From Thermoanaerobaculia bacterium (GTDB lineage Bacteria; Acidobacteriota; Thermoanaerobaculia; Multivoradales; UBA5704), in the NCBI GenBank assembly GCA_044226625.1, contig JBGAGQ010000039.1, positions 1 through 57,768 on the forward strand: a stretch of DNA of 57,768 nt, given 5' to 3'. Each line of letters begins with the position of its first letter. The stretch's first letter is position 1. Positions 56,501-57,768 of the stretch are shown here, piece after piece. A model generated the notes under the pieces. The model worked only from the letters and a program-made list of their open reading frames with translations. It did not search any database and was not told where the DNA came from. The translations under genes and the position numbers were made by a program.

Positions 56501-57768
56501 GGAGCAGCGGCCCCCACAGCTCCCAGACCGAGAAGTCGAAGGCGTAGGAGTGGAACAGCGTCCAGACGTCGGAATGCTCGAAGCCGAACCACTCTTCCGT
56601 CGCGTCGAACAGGCGGGCGACGTTCGCATGGGTCACCACCACGCCCTTCGGCCGGCCCGTCGAGCCCGAGGTGTAGATCACGTACGCCGGCAGCTCGGGC
56701 GCGATGTCCAACGCACCTTCGAGGAGACCAGCCGCGGGAGTCGGCTCGACCGCATCGGTCGCGTCAGCGAGCAGAACGCGGACGCTGCTGTCCGGCAGGG
56801 CTGAAACCGTCGCGGATTCGGCGAGCACGAGGCGCACGCCGCTGTCCGCGAGGAGATAGGAGAGCCGCTCCGCCGGATAGTGCGGATCGAGCGGCACGTA
56901 CGCCGCCCCGGTGTTCAGGATTCCGAGCAGCGCCGAGACCATCTCGATCGAGCGCTCCGTACACAGACCGACCCGATCGCCCACGGCGACGCCAGCCGCG
57001 GCCAGACGCCGCCCGATCCCGCGGGCCCGCCGCGCCAGCTCCCCGTAGGTGATCGATCGATCCCCGAGGCTCACCGCGATCGCGTCCGGCCGGCGCGCCG
57101 CCTGCTCGGCGAATCGAGTCGTCAGCGCCACCGTCGGCCGGGGTCGCTCCGGCGTACCCCAGGTCGAGATCAGCTCGTCCCGCTCACCGTCCGACAGGAG
57201 CGGCAGCTCGGCGAGCGGCGTCTCCGGTGCGGCCACCGCGAACGCCAACAGCCGCCGCCAATGCTCCGCCCAACGCTCGAGCGTCGAGCCGTCGAACAGG
57301 TCGAGGCTGTAGCGGAAGACGCCCGAGATGCCCCCCGGTCCCTCGCTCAGGTTCGCCACCAGATCGAACTTCGAGGTCGCCCCTTCGGGAGCCGCGGCGC
57401 TCAACTCGAGCCCCGGAAGCGAGAGCACTTCGGAGCGCGCGTTCTGCAGCTGGAACATCACCTGGAACAGCGGCGAGCGCGACAGGTCCCGCTCCGGCTG
57501 CACCTCCTCGACCACCCGCTCGAACGGAACCTCCTGGTGCGCGAACGCCCCCAGCGCCACCTCCCGAGCGAGACCGAGGTGCGCCGCGACGTCCGTTTGA
57601 GCCGACAGGCGAGTGCGGAGCACGAGGGTATTGACGAAGAAGCCGATCAGCGGCTCGAGCTCGCGCCGGCTCCGGCCCGCGACGGTCGTGCCGATCGCGA
57701 CGTCCCCTTCGCCGGAGATCCGCGCGAGCAGCGCCTGGAAGCTCGCGAGCAGCGCCATATAGCGCGTG
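47568..57768 (-). CDS. NRPS, 5'-truncated: (C)-A(Thr)-PCP-Sulfotransferase-C-A(Gln)-PCP-C-A(X1)-PCP
   Basis: The frame is open to the window edge in mid-C domain, so the track start at 57758 is internal. A codes read as DFWNVGMVHK (Thr), DAWQFGLIDK (Gln), DLDTYGAVAK (unknown). PCPs GGNS, GGHS, GGHS. C motifs HHIAADG and HHVASDA. Confidence 0.94.
   Translation of the reverse strand, partial: [3399 protein letters not shown]
54325..55185 (-). other. Embedded PAPS-dependent sulfotransferase domain (approximate bounds)
   Basis: [30 protein letters not shown] (5'-PSB loop), [20 protein letters not shown] (3'-PB), [11 protein letters not shown]; closely resembles CurM/Ols-type ST motifs. Confidence 0.9.

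Overview
High-GC bacterial DNA in which all 15 credible genes lie on the minus strand; the long plus-strand ORFs are antisense shadows. From right to left, the window holds the 3' part of a large hybrid NRPS/PKS cluster that runs off the right edge. Four megasynthases carry 11 NRPS and 2 PKS modules, with no thioesterase and no epimerase. Manual reading of A-domain signatures predicts ...Thr-Gln-X1-Thr(Dhb)-Ser-Gly-Ser-X2-[malonyl, KR]-Ala-X3-[malonyl, no KR]-Cys(thiazoline). Unusual features: a CurM/Ols-type sulfotransferase embedded between the PCP and C domain after a Thr module; a dehydrating (modAA-type) C domain after the second Thr module; three A domains with unfamiliar codes; and a free methyltransferase and a free C domain sharing one N-terminal docking-like helix, apparently a trans-acting termination unit. 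These are followed by a kynurenine 3-monooxygenase homologue, a FOXRED2-like flavoprotein, a SAM methyltransferase and an EamA transporter. After an AT-richer gap a second operon encodes an ACP, a KS with a Cys-less CLF-like partner, a flavin halogenase-like protein and a carotenoid-cleavage-oxygenase-family protein (truncated at the left edge, absent from the ORF track). Domain boundaries are approximate and substrate calls come from by-eye alignment.
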